A stretch of 64,000 bases of DNA from Ascidiella aspersa (lineage: Eukaryota): positions 1,054,001-1,118,000 of the forward strand of contig OZ004611.1 in assembly GCA_963924565.1 (NCBI GenBank), given 5' to 3'. The notes beneath the pieces are model-generated. The model was not told where the DNA came from, made no database searches, and worked only from the letters and a program-made list of their open reading frames with translations. The translations under genes and the position numbers were made by a program. Shown here in pieces: positions 1 to 14,635 of this stretch (the stretch's first letter is position 1; the number at the start of each line of letters is the position of its first letter).

Positions 1-578
1 AATGAAATGCTTAAAACAGAGACACAGTCATTGGAAAACTTTATTTTTTTGCATTTATGTAATTGAAACAGATAAATATATAGTTTAATGGCAAATCCTC
101 ATACGAATGTCACCTTCTATTTAACAGGAATGGCGACTATCACGATTAATTTTTTTTATTCAATATAGGAGTACTTAAAATAAAACTACCAATATATAAC
201 AACTATAAAATCGAAATTTAGTACTTCTTCAAATCTATATGCCTAACACTGGCTTTTCCTCACTGAACAACGTGCTTTGCACCTATATAACCTTTTAAAA
301 CTAATTAGACAAATTGTTTTGTCAGCTTATGATGCAACAAATCAAATTTTCTTTCAGCTTATTTTAAGTTCTGAATAAAAAATAATAAAATTACCATATT
401 ACAAAATAGTTTATTGAATGTGCATTGGGGAAAGTTACTAAATATTGTGTAAAAAACACATTTTATTTTTTATTTTAGCCTAATCTTTATTTCCCTGATA
501 AATACTTACAAACTTTTGGCGACTACAAATGCATTAAAACCTTTTTTTGTTAAATTGCTTCCATCTTGTGTTTTGCAG

Positions 579-599
579 AGCGACAGCGTGCATTTTTAA
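579..599 (+). CDS. Last coding exon (SDSVHF*) of a plus-strand LRR-family paralog whose upstream exons lie left of the window
   Basis: Acceptor 'ccatcttgtgttttgcag' then AGC GAC AGC GTG CAT TTT TAA. Homologous to last exons at 19202(+), 25399(-), 52450(-). Bases 1-540 match the terminal intron of gene B in reverse complement. Confidence 0.6.
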   Translation, partial: SDSVHF

Positions 600-1606
600 T
601 AGTTCAAAGACGGAAGAAACTATTTGATTCTGTGATGTTCATTTTACGCAACACGCTTCAGCTTTCCTGTTCATTTGGTCGCCAACAATCTTCCAATGCT
701 CAACAGTGTTGTGGTTGCTTTCAAACTTAAACCAATGTACTTATCATCGCAATCCTCGTTTAAAAATCTAACTTACACTTAACTATTACGTAACGCCAGG
801 CGCCAATACAGGATTTTTTGTATGGGAGCAATAACTTTTTTTCAAAGATGACGTCAGATTGTTACATATAAACGTGACGTCATTAAGAAGTAACCTTATA
901 AGGGGGAGCAACAATAAAATACCGTAACCAGAATAAGGCAGTACTACTACGAATAGATTTTCGAATAAAAAAGTGAGGCATTTTTTGGCATTTTAACTTT
1001 GGTGACGTAGTGCTGATTTATTCACGAAATTATAACGTAAACACGACGTCATAAATGGGGGGGGGGGTGTATGGTCATGTGTCTAGACACTTCATTACAA
1101 CCGTAGCAGCTGAAAGCATTGCGTGTCTTTCCTAAATTGTCAAAGTTATCTAATTCTTTCACCAAACGCATCTCGCTCAATAGACTGTCAGAGGTTGATT
1201 CCTAAACCACAATAGACCAATAGTTATTGACCTGTAGTTGTAAATTACCGACTGAAGCCAGCCTCGCCATTTCCTCAACATCTTTCTTCACAGCTATACC
1301 TTCCCTTTCTATGCTTGTGCCTATTGGCCTGGCATTAATTCTCAACTTTCCGTTGAACGCTTAACACTTGTGTTGAAGTTTATGCTTGGATCAGCCCACA
1401 TATGTTTGTAGCCACATGACAACGTCTTGAAAATTTACTCAATGGCGTTAACAATTGTGTTGTACGTGTGAAATAATAAATGAATTCTCGTTCATAAGTT
1501 ATAGTCGTTTCGCATTCTGTAATCTATTAACTTTCTGCCATATGAACACTTTTAAATGATTTGTGAAATAAATATGAATGGCTGTTTGATAATCACTGAA
1601 AATGCT

Positions 1607-4600
1607 CACTGTCAGAACGGTGTTTAAATTTGAACACCAAAACGGTCTATGCACGTTTAAAATCTAAACACTTAAACACCTAATTTAAGCACCTTCGTGT
1701 TTAATTTTAGTTTTGGTGTTTAAATTATAAACACCTGAACGATTTTATGTTAAACACCTGATATTTTGACGTGTTTAACAACTATTGTTGGGTGATTTTA
1801 AGCACAATTGACGAATTTAAACATGTTTACGAATAAACACTTCATATTTTAACACGTCAATTATTAGACATGTTTAATTCGATACATTCTTGTAAAGCAA
1901 TAGCTCAAGCCATTTATGTTGACGTTAAAGATGTTGATTAGGGGTATTGGTATTTTAAAGCACTAAACAGTTGTCTTATGTACGATTTCGTCAAATATTT
2001 AACTATACAAGTTTGCATGTATGATCGATTGATCGTAACAGATCACAATAAACGGAATAACTTAATTCATGGTTTCACTTAACATCTGTACGGTTTATTA
2101 GGCGTGATTTCATTTTTTAAATATAACGACAATCATGAAAATACGGGTTTGTGTTCTTGACGTGCCATTAAATCCAATATTTGACTTCCTTATGTAGCTT
2201 GCGAATAACCTTGTACCACCCAAGTAAAAAGCGAAGCTGTGCGGTCTTGCGCCGCCATGACCTACTTAAATTGCGCCAGCAATAAAATACGCGTGACGAA
2301 CACAATCTTTGGGAAGGACTTTTTCTAGGGCAATGCTGTATCGCCGTGAAGGTTATATATTTTTCAATTTTAAATTGTTTAACGTATGACGAATAGTAAG
2401 TATTATTTATTAAATGTTTGATTTACGATATATTTTAACTATTTATAGTAAATTTTGTTTTGTTATAAAACAAGTTTTTGTCATATTGTACATATTAAGT
2501 ACATTCAATAAATCAACTCATGATTGAAATTATTTGAAATTGATTCGGTCCGATGAACATCAACAAAGCATATCCACTGGTCTGTGACTGTGACCAACGC
2601 GGGAATTCAAAATGCCGAAAAAAAGTTTGACTTTTAACCAGTACAAGTTATACATTATAGTTAAAGACGGTTTTGCGTATTTTTTGGCTTTCGAGTTACT
2701 AAGATTGATGTTAAAATACTAATGTGTATAGTGGTGATTTATATATATATTATTTATTTTAATTTGCTTTTTCATAAATGTGTAGTGATAATGTTTTATT
2801 AGCTGTGCAAGACGCTTGAAGACGGGCAGGTCTAGAGTGTGAAATTTATGTTTAAAGTTTTCCATGCGAAAACGAAATGTTTGAAATTGGATTTTTGTTT
2901 CAGAATTTTAGGTATTTCATTCATAAATCAGCAAACCATTTGCTCTTTTCAACTTCAGAAAAACTTGGTTCACAGGTGATTAGGTTAAAAATGTAAGTAA
3001 ATTTTACTTACATGTTTTACATTAATATAGTTTATTCCCATTTGGCTTTTATTTTGTTAGTAGCAGCCAGCAAATTATTTTTTTTTATCTCTGTAAAATT
3101 TCTGAAGTACTTTAATATGTGTTTTAGTTTTAATTTATCATTTCCATAGTTTAAATCTTACATTGAAGCTTTAAATGTAAAATTTAATATGTAGTACTTT
3201 TGGTATGCTACTGACGCTTTAATAAAATGATATAGTTTACATAATTAGAGTTTTTATTTATTTACAGGAATTTTAACTGCAGTGTAAGATGGTAAAATAA
3301 AAGTCTGTGACAAAGTTCAAGTGGAAAACAACAAAAGAGTATAGATCTACTAAAATTGATACACAAGGTAAACAAACTAAAATTTTCTTCTTCCCAAGTT
3401 CATTTATCGAACCTTAAAATTTGTGGTAAATACATATAATTGAATAGATATTTAATTTATGTGTTGTGTTCCATAACTTGTGCATAATGTTTGGTCTGCA
3501 TGTCCCAGTAATGGGCGACTTTTTTTGGTCAGATTGTTTATCACTAGTTTAAGCAATTATTTTAATAAAACATAATGGCCAATGCAATATTCTGGCTCAC
3601 ATATTTACTTTTTATCTGAAATTATTTAATGATTTAATTGGGTTTTCATAGTAGGGTGAACCTTTTTTTTTATTTTAGTGGGTCATGAAGATATTAATAC
3701 AATAAAAATGAACTTGTTTTGTAATCATTGAGCTGTCTTAGGTTACAGTGTAACATAAATAATACATTTTCTAATGCCATGCTCAAAGAGTACATTGCCA
3801 CCAAACCTAGTACATGTCATAATAATATGCTTTTGTAGTGATTGGTGACAAACTAAAACATATTTTTATGACATGACATGTAGTGGTTCTGGTGGATAAC
3901 TTGAAAAATTTACTATGAGCAAATGAATAAAGAGTTGTTCAGTGACAGTGTATAATTTATTCACTGCAGTGTATTATATTGATCTAAATTTTATTTCTTA
4001 TAGGCAGCCATGCTCAACTCGTCTTCTAAAAAGAAAAGCTCTTCCAGGCCTTTATTGGGCAAACCTTTGGGGTGGACGGCACAGCAGCTTTTCTGCATTG
4101 GTATATTAGTGGATGGAATGGACATTTGTGGACGAACAACACTTGTTGAACAAATTGTTAAATTATATTTCATTGATATTCGAGCCTGTTACACGGGATT
4201 TAAGTTATGGATATGTTTTTAAACAATGTACGAAAAGCCCCACCTTGAAAATTTGCCAAACATAGCAATTATAAATATTAAAAAAAGGTTTCAAATTTGT
4301 AATATATCTTCTTTTTCTCTGTTTTTCTTTTTATCACATACGCATTTTTGTTTGCATAAACACCTGCATAGTATTAAATATGCGATATTTATATTATTAT
4401 TCGCTTTTGTTTGGTATAATAAAATTGTATACCTTAAAGCGGATGGTGCTTTATTGCGTAGCTGCGACATGGTTAAGTTAAGGTAAAAAGGTAGCAAAAG
4501 CACAAACACGCGTTTATAAATATACAATTGCGAAATAGGAAAAAAGGCGATCTGCACGCTTCGATGAACGTGGATGCACATCGGTTATAGGTTCGCTACA

Positions 4601-5839
4601 GAACCCCCCTCCAGAAGCGGGCATGTGTGAAGTTGCGTAGGTTGCAGGGAAGTTTGTCGGGTTGCTTCGTTGCGACTATATGCATGTGGGCGAGTTCAAT
4701 TCGCTCTCAAGTACGCCACGTCGGTGACGTAGTGAATATTGCGGGTTGCATCGACGGCGAAAATAGTTGGCGAGCTTGCATAGGCTGTCTTGGGAACGGA
4801 TCCTTTGAAGGGTTTGTGCGACGTTCGAGACGAGCGAGGAAGAGCTAGTACCAAACGCAGGTAGGCTAGCTTCCATTAGCGGTCTTAAGAACGGAACCCT
4901 GTGGATTGGTGCGACGTTCAAGACGAACGTGAAAGCAGCAGCTTTCTTCAGCGGCTTTGCCAATCGAATATCCTCCGGCATGTGTTGTAGCCACCAGGGA
5001 CGAGCGTGCCAACGAGAAAACGTCTCGAGTAGAGCGGGCATCTACTCTCGTGAAACAGGTGTTTCTGTTCGCCCGAGAAAACGTGTTTATAAACAAAAAA
5101 GTCGCGCTTCAAGTTCCTACCGGGAACGGGTAGAAAATGGAAGAAATGAACGCTGCCTCTTGATTGTCCAGATAGTGAAGTTGAATAGTTGCGCTGCCGT
5201 TCCTGCCGGGAAAGAATAAACAACTAAAGCGAAGAGCATTGCGTCTTGGTTGTCCCAAAGTGAAGGCATGCTGATTAGCTGCTGCGTTGCGCGTTCCTAT
5301 AGGGAAAGCGCAGATGCCGAAAGCAAGCGCTCTTCGATTGCGTTGTGTCGAGCCAAGTAGCCAAAATCCTAGCTGTGTTTCCCATAACGTGGGAAGCTTT
5401 GTAGAACAGGCGATAGTCATTCAACTAACTTTGCTTAGACTCCAGTTGTTCAATTTCTTCTTTTGACCTTCAAAAAACGTTTTGAAGACGCGGGGTCACC
5501 AGTAAAGCGGATGGTGCTTTATTGCGTAGCTGCGACATGGTTAAGTTAAGGTAAAGAGGTAGCAAAAGCACAAACACGCGTTTATAAATATACAATTGCG
5601 AAATAGGAAAAAAGACGATCTGCACGCTTCGATGAACGTGGATGCACATCGGTAGGTTCGCTACAACCTCATAATATATTGTGAAATTTGTTTGGAAACA
5701 CTGAATACTAGCATTAAACACCTGGCAGAATAAACGGCAAAAGCCTAAACACCTGGAATTTAAACATGTTTAATTTTAAACGTGCTGACATTTCGCCCCT
5801 TTCAGGTGTTTAATTTTGGTGTTTAATCGAATGACAGTA
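1607..5839. mobile_element. Non-autonomous DNA transposon, CACTA/EnSpm-like (~3 kb plus nested LTR element)
   Basis: Termini CACTGTCA...TGACAGTA with many subterminal AAACACC/GGTGTTT repeats at both ends. The flanks (aaaatgct / gtcttttcatgcatttgtg) are contiguous in paralogous empty sites near 19875 and 51780. No intact transposase. Confidence 0.55.
4435..5665 (-). mobile_element. Short non-autonomous LTR retroelement (TRIM-like or internally deleted Gypsy)
   Basis: Direct repeats 4435-4600 and 5503-5665 (2 substitutions plus a 3-bp indel). ACCT TSD at 4431-4434 and 5666-5669. On the minus strand: PBS TGGTGACCCCG (tRNA-Trp-like), PPT GGAGGGGGG, and a degenerate gag-like start (KLPTLW) near 5420. 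Confidence 0.85.
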
Positions 5840-7399
5840 TAGTCTTTTCATGCATTTGTGTTTTCTTGCTTATATCTTTATATGCTTTTTGGTATTAAAT
5901 CTAGGTCGAATGACCTTTCAAAGACAAAAAAGATCTAATCATTTTTGTTATCAAAATAGATATTGCGTCATTTTTGTTGTTACGTTTTTTCCGAATTCAC
6001 GTATAATTATTATCTACTGTCCCCTTTTCAGGCGATGAAATATGTTCGGCCTAATTCACACGAATGTACAAAACACTAAATTAAAATTGACTTGTTATCA
6101 CATTTATAGAACTCCCAAAACTAAAGCATTGAGCCTTTAATTCTTTCACCAAACGCATCTCGCTCAATTGATTAGCAGAGGTTGATTTCTAAACCACTAT
6201 AGACCGATAGATATTAACTTGTCGTTGTATATTGCTATTTAATTAAAACCAGGTCGCTCTTATATTAGCATCTGATCATGTCAACAGTATTTAATTTGTT
6301 TCCAGAGCTTGTTGCGCAACATAGGAAAGGTTAGTAACAGCTTATCATAAAAACACAGAATGAATAAAACGCTAGCGATCCAATGAAATATGCACCAAAT
6401 ATCTTGTGATTTCTGTTGTATAAGAATCATGATTCAAATTCATCAGTTGAAGTTTAATTTGCAAACATTCAAAGTTATGTTTTGAATGTTTTTTATTCCA
6501 GACATGTTTTTTTTGCTTAAATCCACTTTTTTAATTGTATTTGATAAAACTGTATTTGTTCGGATTTGCGACGGTTTGAAATATATTGCTGTATTTTTGC
6601 TCATGTCACTTTTTGCTCATCTAAAATTAAAAAAAAACAATTGTTTGTTAATCTTTGAAATATTGTATTGCCGTGTTTTTTGTATTTTTTATAATGTTGG
6701 CTGTAAACAAGGTCGTTTGAAAACCAATATCCTATTGTGTTGGTGTGTTTTTGGTCAATAAAAACATATAGAAGATATAATAAAAACATATAGAAGAAGT
6801 ATAAAACATATAGAAGAAGTTCGCGCAAAGCGCGAAAAAATAGCGTTTGCATTGAAATTTGTCAAAAATAATATTTTTAGGGGGCCTGCTCTAATGCTCT
6901 TAGCCAATCTATTGACCAGCAATGGAAGACGAATGTCTGTCTGGCCTATAGCATAAAAACCCCGTCTAATTTTTAGACCTGTCTCAAAGTTCCAAATTAA
7001 GCATTTTTTTTCTATACTGGCATTTGTTTTAAATTTCGTGCAAGTTTTTATTACATTGCCAAAAAAAAAAAAAAAACAATTATTCATCGACGGCCGCAGG
7101 TTGGACACCGTTGGCCTAGTCATTGGGGACCGAATAAATGTTAGAAAGGAAAGAAATGTAGTGAGGGTAAATGTTTGCGGACTATAGGTACAACTCTTTT
7201 GTCGAACTTTATTAACTTGATATCGTTCAACGAAGGAAAAATAAGAAAGCATGAAATGAAAACTGTAATGAGGCTTAAAAAGTCTAAAATTAGGACAAAC
7301 TAAGCACACAACTCAAAAATAAGCACGTTTCTTAGAAATAAGCATATTTGTGTTTTCTAAGACACTGCAAAAAAATAAGCACAAACCTTAGAAATAAGC

Positions 7400-8340
7400 A
7401 CGGTATGGCAACCCTGGGAATAAGAGGAAAGCAGGTTTTCTTTCAAAAGATGATGTCACGTGGGACCGAGTAGAGCGCCCCCCTAGGGGTGCGCCCAGGA
7501 ATTCTAAGGGGGGCGCGAGCTCGACTTTATATATTTTTAATTTTTGCAGTGATTTTAATGGTTTCGTTTGGGTTAGGCATAATTCCTACATACAAACTCT
7601 GTTTTTTGCCAACTTTAACATTAAAACTGCAAAAATTTTCGCGCTGCGCGCGAATCTTATAGTTCCCTTTTAGAAAATCCATGGTATCACCGTCCTATTA
7701 AATTAACTTATAGATAAACGATAAAAGCTATCGCCCTTTCGGACTATTTTTCATCCATATTTTATATATGATAACAGGCTATAGCAACAGGGGGAGTCGA
7801 ACTTTTTTTGCGCGAAACTATATTGTTTTTGCAATATTGCCGTTGTATTGTGTGTCGTTACATCTTTTGAAACACGATAACGCAATGTTTAATATTTGCG
7901 CTTGACATTTTTGCGCTCGACATAATAACTCTTACAACTGTGGAGTAAATGCCCTCGCAACACGTTTGTCAAAATCAGCTCGATAAAATCAATGTGTCGA
8001 GCTCGCGCAATTTGTTGCGTGCCCAATGCGAAACGCCTCTTCGGTTGCAGTTTAGCCAATTCGACCAACTAAAACTCAAAATTTTTCGCGCTTCGCGCGA
8101 CCAACAATCCCTTCCTTCACTATTTTCCTGTTTTCTCAGTGATATTTAATTGCAAAATGTCGAAATATTAGGGGGGCGCAAGGCATGAGAAAATTACCAA
8201 AGGGGGGCGCGGCTGAAAAAAGGTTAAGAACCACTGAGTTAAAGTTTGAGATATTCTGGTAAGGTGTAACTTAGGTGGTACATCAACACTGTACAAAAGC
8301 TCAAAATGGTTCGCGAGAAAAAAAGTTTGGGAATCACTGC
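7400..8340. mobile_element. Cluster of hAT-like MITE fragments
   Basis: TIR-like ends 'tggcaaccctg' (~7405), 'ggttaagaaccactg' (~8222) and 'tttgggaatcactg' (~8326). Related CAGTGGTTCTTAACC ends recur at ~9159, ~9935, ~10731, ~21950, ~22637 and ~48939. Confidence 0.5.
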
Positions 8341-8343
8341 CTT

Positions 8344-11300
8344 AAGGGTTCAAAGTGAACATTAGTGTAAGAATAATTGTCACGTTGTTAGTGAATTGGA
8401 TTTTAATGTAATAACAAAAATGTCCTGCGATTTTTTTCTTAGTGTACCGCAAGAAAATAAACCTTGATAACATTGTTTTTGATCGTAGCTATAATAACAA
8501 TATATTTGGAAGCCTTACTCAAGTATATTGAAATACCTGCATCCACTTTCAAACAATTATTGCAGTGGATAGGATTTCTAGAACATTGTCCGGCTTCTGA
8601 AATTTCGTTAAGTTTGCAAAACCGCAAATTTAGAATATGAGGGAATGTAACAGTTAACTTTTAGGTGCCTTAGGCAGTTTGATCATGAAAATTTAAAATT
8701 AACGTGAAATTGCATTTACAAACCCAGGTAGAAAGTGCAATTTAAAGCTGAGTGTAAAAATAAGAAGACCTTCCCATATTTTTGTCTATTATAAGGCAAA
8801 TACATCTAAAAAAATGTTAAAAAGTTTTAAAATTGAACTTTATTCGAAGAAAGTCATTGTTATTCGTGTTTGATGTAAAGTTATTGTTTTCGCTAGTTTC
8901 ACAAACCTAACCTAAGATAATTATAGAAACTAACCTAAGCTAGATGACTAAAACACTATAGACAGCTGTATTTTTTACCTGATCTAATATGGAATAATAG
9001 AAAAAACCTTCATATATTGCTTTGATGGAGCCGAAGCAACCAGACAAGCAGTTCACGTGCAAGTGAACAAGCAACATCCCACCTCGTGTCGCAGCTGGTC
9101 ATGGTTTGTGTGGTGAGCAGGCAAGTCCCTACCACTCCATTTGCGATAAGCTCAACGTCAGTGGTTCTTAACCTGGAGGCGCCAACTAATTCTTGAGGTC
9201 TACTCCAATATTTAAACTTTTGAAAGGATTTAAATTGCAAAAAAAAGCTTTTATGTTGTTTAAGTTTTTATTTCCGAGGGTTAAAGGATACGAAAAAGAC
9301 CTTTAAGCTACAAAGATTTTATCCTTATGGGCTAAGACATACAAGCAAACGAATTAATATTCTTGCTTCTAGGTAATAAAATAAGTAGGCAAAATACAGA
9401 TTTTTTTGCTCAATGACGAAAACGACTTTAAAATTTCCGGTGTACGAAAAATGTTTAAAGGAAGTTTCCGGGTACCAGGGATTTGCGAAATGATCAAAAG
9501 CATTCCACTACATAAATGACATCAGTAGAATGAGTAGCGATACTACAACTTGGCATCGGGTATCGGCTTTGATCAGATATCTTTGCACATACCTAGTTTT
9601 AATCGCATTTTGCAGTTTGTAACCTTTGAAAAATCAAAAATAAACATCTTTATGTTCTATATGTCATTTCTGTATATACACACCACCCCTGCAGCCCTTC
9701 ACGCTAAAAATCCTAAAAATTTATCAAATCACTTATGCAAAGTGGTAGTATCGGTAGTTGTCCGTTGCGTAAGTAATGACTGACTTTAAGTCATTGTTGT
9801 ACTTTTAACGAAAATGGTATTGTAATGTTGACAAGCTTTCTCACAACCGTGCATCACATCAGAAGCTCGGGTTGCCGTCTTACCGATAAATTATTAAACC
9901 TCCCATACCACTCCATTTGCGATAATATCAACGTCAGTGGTTCTTATCCTGGATGGCGCCAATGTTTAAACTTTTGTAAGGTTTTAATTTGTCCCATGTT
10001 GCGTTTGTTGTTAATTCTGTCTGAATGTTGTCCTATGCTTTACTGCAAAATAACAAAGGTGTATCTAAGTAACCGAAAAAAATGGTTCATGATTTTGCGA
10101 TTTGCGAACTTTTGGTCTGTTAACTTTTAATAGTTTCTTGGTTTTTGGATTTATCTGCCACTAATTATAGATTAGGGCTGTGTTTAGTCAGAACAGTGTG
10201 GTATGTTAAAGTGGTTGGGCACTATACCACCTTCACAATGTGTTTTTGCCAACTTCAACAATAAAACTGCGAAAATGTTTTGCGCTCATTTCATATATCA
10301 CAACTGTTTAGCGCCGGGGTACTCAGAATTTTTGCGCGAATTTGTAATGTTATTTGTATTATGGTCATTGCATTGTGTGTCACCACATATTTTAAAACAC
10401 GTTTTATGCAATGTTTAATGTTTGCGCTCCGGGCGACATTTCGACGTGGTTTCTTTGCAGCCTTGACTGTGAGTAAATGTCCTCACAACATTTTTGTCAA
10501 AATCAGATCAAAATTAACATATCGCGCACGGGCAAACAATCCCAGTGCGCCAGGTTCTATATTAAAGTTTACCCATTTCAAATCAAATAAACGATTAGAG
10601 TGTACTTTGTTGTTTTCATGTTACCTCATTGATATGTTATCGAAAAATAACGCTTTTAGTATGATATATTTAAGACCTACGGGGGGCGCAAGACTCAGGA
10701 GAATTAACAAAGGTGGGCGCGGTAGAAAATGATTAAGAACCACTGTTCTACGTCGGCAGGAACAAGTAATCAAACACCCGTGTGTTCATTGTGGCCGGTC
10801 GGTATTTAAGGCACTTTTTTGCTCTTCCGTATAAGATCCTGTAATTTGGGGATTTTTTCTCACATATTGTGCAGGAAAATATTCACTCCCAAGCTATTCA
10901 AACTTTTGCGTTCCAAACTTCCTACTGCGTTAGGCACCAGTCAAATAAACCGGTTCCGTACAGAGGGCGGTCCTGGTCAAACGTGAAACGCGTTAATTAT
11001 TATCGCATGTTTAAAGAAATGCGCTATAGCGAGGCAAAAATAAAACACAGCTTTTTAACGATACTTAAACGAGTACTGCAATTCGTTATCATTAAAAAGC
11101 TATGTTTTGCAATTTTATATTGATTGTTTGCAAATACTAAAGCTAAAGCTGAGCAAAGCGCCAGGTGAGTATAAATATTATTTACAAATTAATAAAATGG
11201 GAAAGTTGATAATATTTAACATTGAACTCGCCAAACTATTTCCTCATAATTGTAAAAATAAATTGAAAAAAAATGCTACAAATTTGTATTGCGCTTACGG

Positions 11301-13099
11301 TTTTCTGCGTAGTACTTTATTTTTAACAACGCAAATTTAAAAAATAAACTATAATCGACAGCAATTGTTTGCCTTGTTTAAAAAGCTGCAACGAAAACAA
11401 GTGTCGCCGTAGATTCAAAACACTTTTCATGCATTTCTCTTTCTTTTTTTGTAAATAATGAGCACAATAGTCACCATTTTAACTGACAGAACGTTTACTT
11501 GTAGCGTTTATGAGCAGCCGTGTTGTTTTTGCTCCTTTATAGTTTTTGAGTATTGCGTTATAACTCAGTCAGTTGCTGCTCGAAACGGTTTGCTAGAATA
11601 TTTATTTGTGTTCGATGCGGCAGTTCATAGCAAACGCTAAATAAAAAAGGTCAAACTTTCGCGCAAAAATCCATAACTTAACCTCTTAACAAAACAAAAT
11701 CGAAACATTCCAAAAAATCACAACATGGTTGTAAGAGCCGCATATAATTGGGTGAAGAGCCGCGTGCTGCTCGCGAGCCGCGTGTTGGCCACCCCTGTTA
11801 TATGATAAGCTCTTACAACGACAGGTCAATAACTATCGGCCAATTGTGGTGTAGGAATCAACCTCTGACAGTCTATTGAGCGAGATGCTTTAAAGTCATA
11901 TAACTCTGATAATTTTAATTTGGTGTAACTTTGTACATTCGTGAATTAGGCCGAAAATAATATGTCTTTAACTAGTAATTTCAGGAAATTACTGAAACCT
12001 TTTGTTAAAGCCGCCAGTGAGTTCTTAATTCGGATATTAAATAACCTAGTAAGGAAAGTTTATATTAAAAAACAGAACACTTAACCCAATGTACAGATTT
12101 ATTAGATGCAAGAGTTAAAAACTACCACACCACAAACAATTGTTATACTTGGACGCAATTACTCACAAACAATCAAATGACAAAGCATATAACACCTAAC
12201 GTCTTACTCGCTAAATGCACCAGGCCTAGCCCAAGCGTCTACTAAAATCTAGGCGGCAGTCGCTCATTAATATATTCTGTTCAAAACTTCTCTCTCACGG
12301 GCACTTAGGCGCTGCAGGGGATCTACGGCCGCTGGTTTACAGGGTGGTTGTCTCGTGGAAAGATTACATGGCGGCCATTTCCTAGAAATTTAAACCCAGC
12401 TATAGGCCCGGCGGAATACGGGCGTTAATAATGGGCGTGAAATTTGCAGATTGTTTAGAGATAGAAAATAACATGTCCGGAGTCCAATTAAACACGCGAA
12501 CAGCACACGAGAGAACACGAAACCATTACGTCATTGTATATGTCCCGAAATGCGAAAACTTAATTCCTAACCCTATATTTAAGAGTAAAGGGGCAAATTA
12601 ATAATGAATGTCAGAATCTACAGTCGGCGTAATTAGCAACAGTTCATAACGCTGTAGTGGTAAATAAAAAAAAGTAACAATTATTTATTGCCTAACAGCA
12701 CAAAAAAACTAAAATAACGCTAATTTATGTACATTGATAAAAAATGATTAGATCTCATTCCTGTCATTGAAAAGTCGTTTGGTTTGACCTAGATTTGATA
12801 CAAAAAAGAATATAAAAATACAAGAAAACACAAATGCATGAAAAGACATTGGAGCATTTTTCAGTGTTATCAAATGGCCTTTCATATTTATTTAACAAAT
12901 AATTTAATATACTTCATATGGCAGCCCTAGGTTAATAGATTACATAAAACAAAACGACTATGTTCATATAAAGCTTATGAACAAAGATGCATTTATAATG
13001 TCACATATACAACACAATTGATAACGCCAATGTGTAAATTTCCACGCTGTTGTACGCGCTACACAGGCTTAGAAAGGATCGAGTCGAGAAACCTCTCCG
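8344..13099 (+). repeat. Arm of large inverted segmental duplication (partner 19629-23575); partly also matches 48150-52030
   Basis: Both ends and internal blocks match in reverse complement. The same spurious ORF (MSTIVTILTDR...) appears at 11458(+), 21241(-) and 50412(+). Confidence 0.85.
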
Positions 13100-14473
13100 A
13101 TTTATCAGGGAAATAAAGATTAAACAAAATTCAAGAATAAAATGTGTTTTGTAAAATATTCAGTGACTTTTCCCAATGCACATTCAATAAACTATTTTGT
13201 AATATGATAATTTTATTAATTTTTATTCAGAATTTATAATTAGCTGAAAGAAAAAATTGATTTGTTGCATCATAAACAGACAAAATAATTTGTCTAATTA
13301 GATTTTTTTGCTTGTTCATGTAAAATTTTGGTGTAAAATTTTCCCCAAATGTTGTTAATATTGTTACACAAATTACGAATTTCAGCCAAGACCAGTATGG
13401 CAAACTATGCAATAGAATGAGCCAGAAAACCGAAGAAATTGACCGAAATGTGTATGAACATTACGCCCTACAATTGGCAGGAAATATTCTTTTCATTCTG
13501 AAAAAGGTTATATAAATGCGAAGCACGTTGTTTGGTGAGGAAAAGCCAGTGTTAGGCATATAGATTTGAAGAAGTACGCAATTCGATTTTATAGTTGTTA
13601 TGTGTTGGTTCCAAGTATACTCTTATATTGAATAAAAATTAATCATGATAGTCGCCATTCCTGTTAAATAGACAGGTGACATTCGCATGAGGATTTATCA
13701 TTGAACTATATATTTGGCTGTTTCAATTATATAAACTCCCAAAACAAAGTTTTGCAATCATTGTGTCTCTGTTTTAAGCATTACATTCAGCCTGACTGTG
13801 TGACTTTACCCTCGGCAAAAATATTAATACGGATTATAAATATTGTTATTTCGAGCAGTATATGTTGAAAAATTCTCCCAATTTACCCGGAAAAATTTGT
13901 TTCACACTTTTAAATCTGATTTTGAGCTGCATGTTGAAACAGCTTATCTATGTAACAGTGTTATAGTACAAGAAATGCAGACATGTGCACCCTCAGGCCC
14001 AAGTTTGTTCTATAGCATACCCCTTATGTATTTGGTAATAGGCTTGTTTACCACTTATAAATGGTAAGGCTGATACATTCCTTAGGCGAACAGAGCATTT
14101 AGGTTTAAGGAGCGCGACCAAAAAACCGAATAATTTAGTCCCAAAACACTCTTCACCAGAAAAGGCTGGCAAGATTCTTCCTGCCTTTTCTTATCCTGGC
14201 CGAGACAAACAAAACCGCTTTAGCTCAAGGCAATAATTTTTCTTGCGGCAGTAACTTATTCGTAGAATATAAATATAAAAGTTACGTCTCGCTATTTGAC
14301 ACATTACTTTAAATTTTTGCCGCAATAATGTTTTACACTTCTCCCCGGATTTATTTCTTTTTTAGGCGCCTCTAGTGGTTGGTGTTAGATCAAATTATTT
14401 ACATTGAGACGTAACACAATGGCTTCTCGTGCCAGTGATGTAGGTTTTTAATTTATTTATTGTTGTTACTCAC

Positions 14474-14635
14474 GTCAAGTCCAAGTTCTCTCAGTTTCGA
14501 TCTGATCACCTCTTTGCCTTCCTCAGTGATGCCACAATCATCGACCCACAACTGCTTGATGTTTGGAAGGACGCGAGAAAGCTCAAGAGCTCCTTCGTCG
14601 CCGATGCGGTTATTAGTCAGATCCAGCCGCTTGAT
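14474..14635 (-). pseudogene. Orphan terminal-type LRR exon (cassette D): IKRLDLTNNRIGDEG...LRELGLD
   Basis: 162 bp, open, ttcag acceptor and gtgagt donor. No upstream exons before the orientation switch at ~15130-15410. The last exon appears removed by a deletion junction at ~13100. Confidence 0.7.

Noticed and set aside
11458-11640. Recurrent 60-aa ORF MSTIVTILTDR... (also 21059-21241 and 50412-50594)
   Set aside because: Recurs only because it lies in duplicated flanks or repeats; no domain or splice support.
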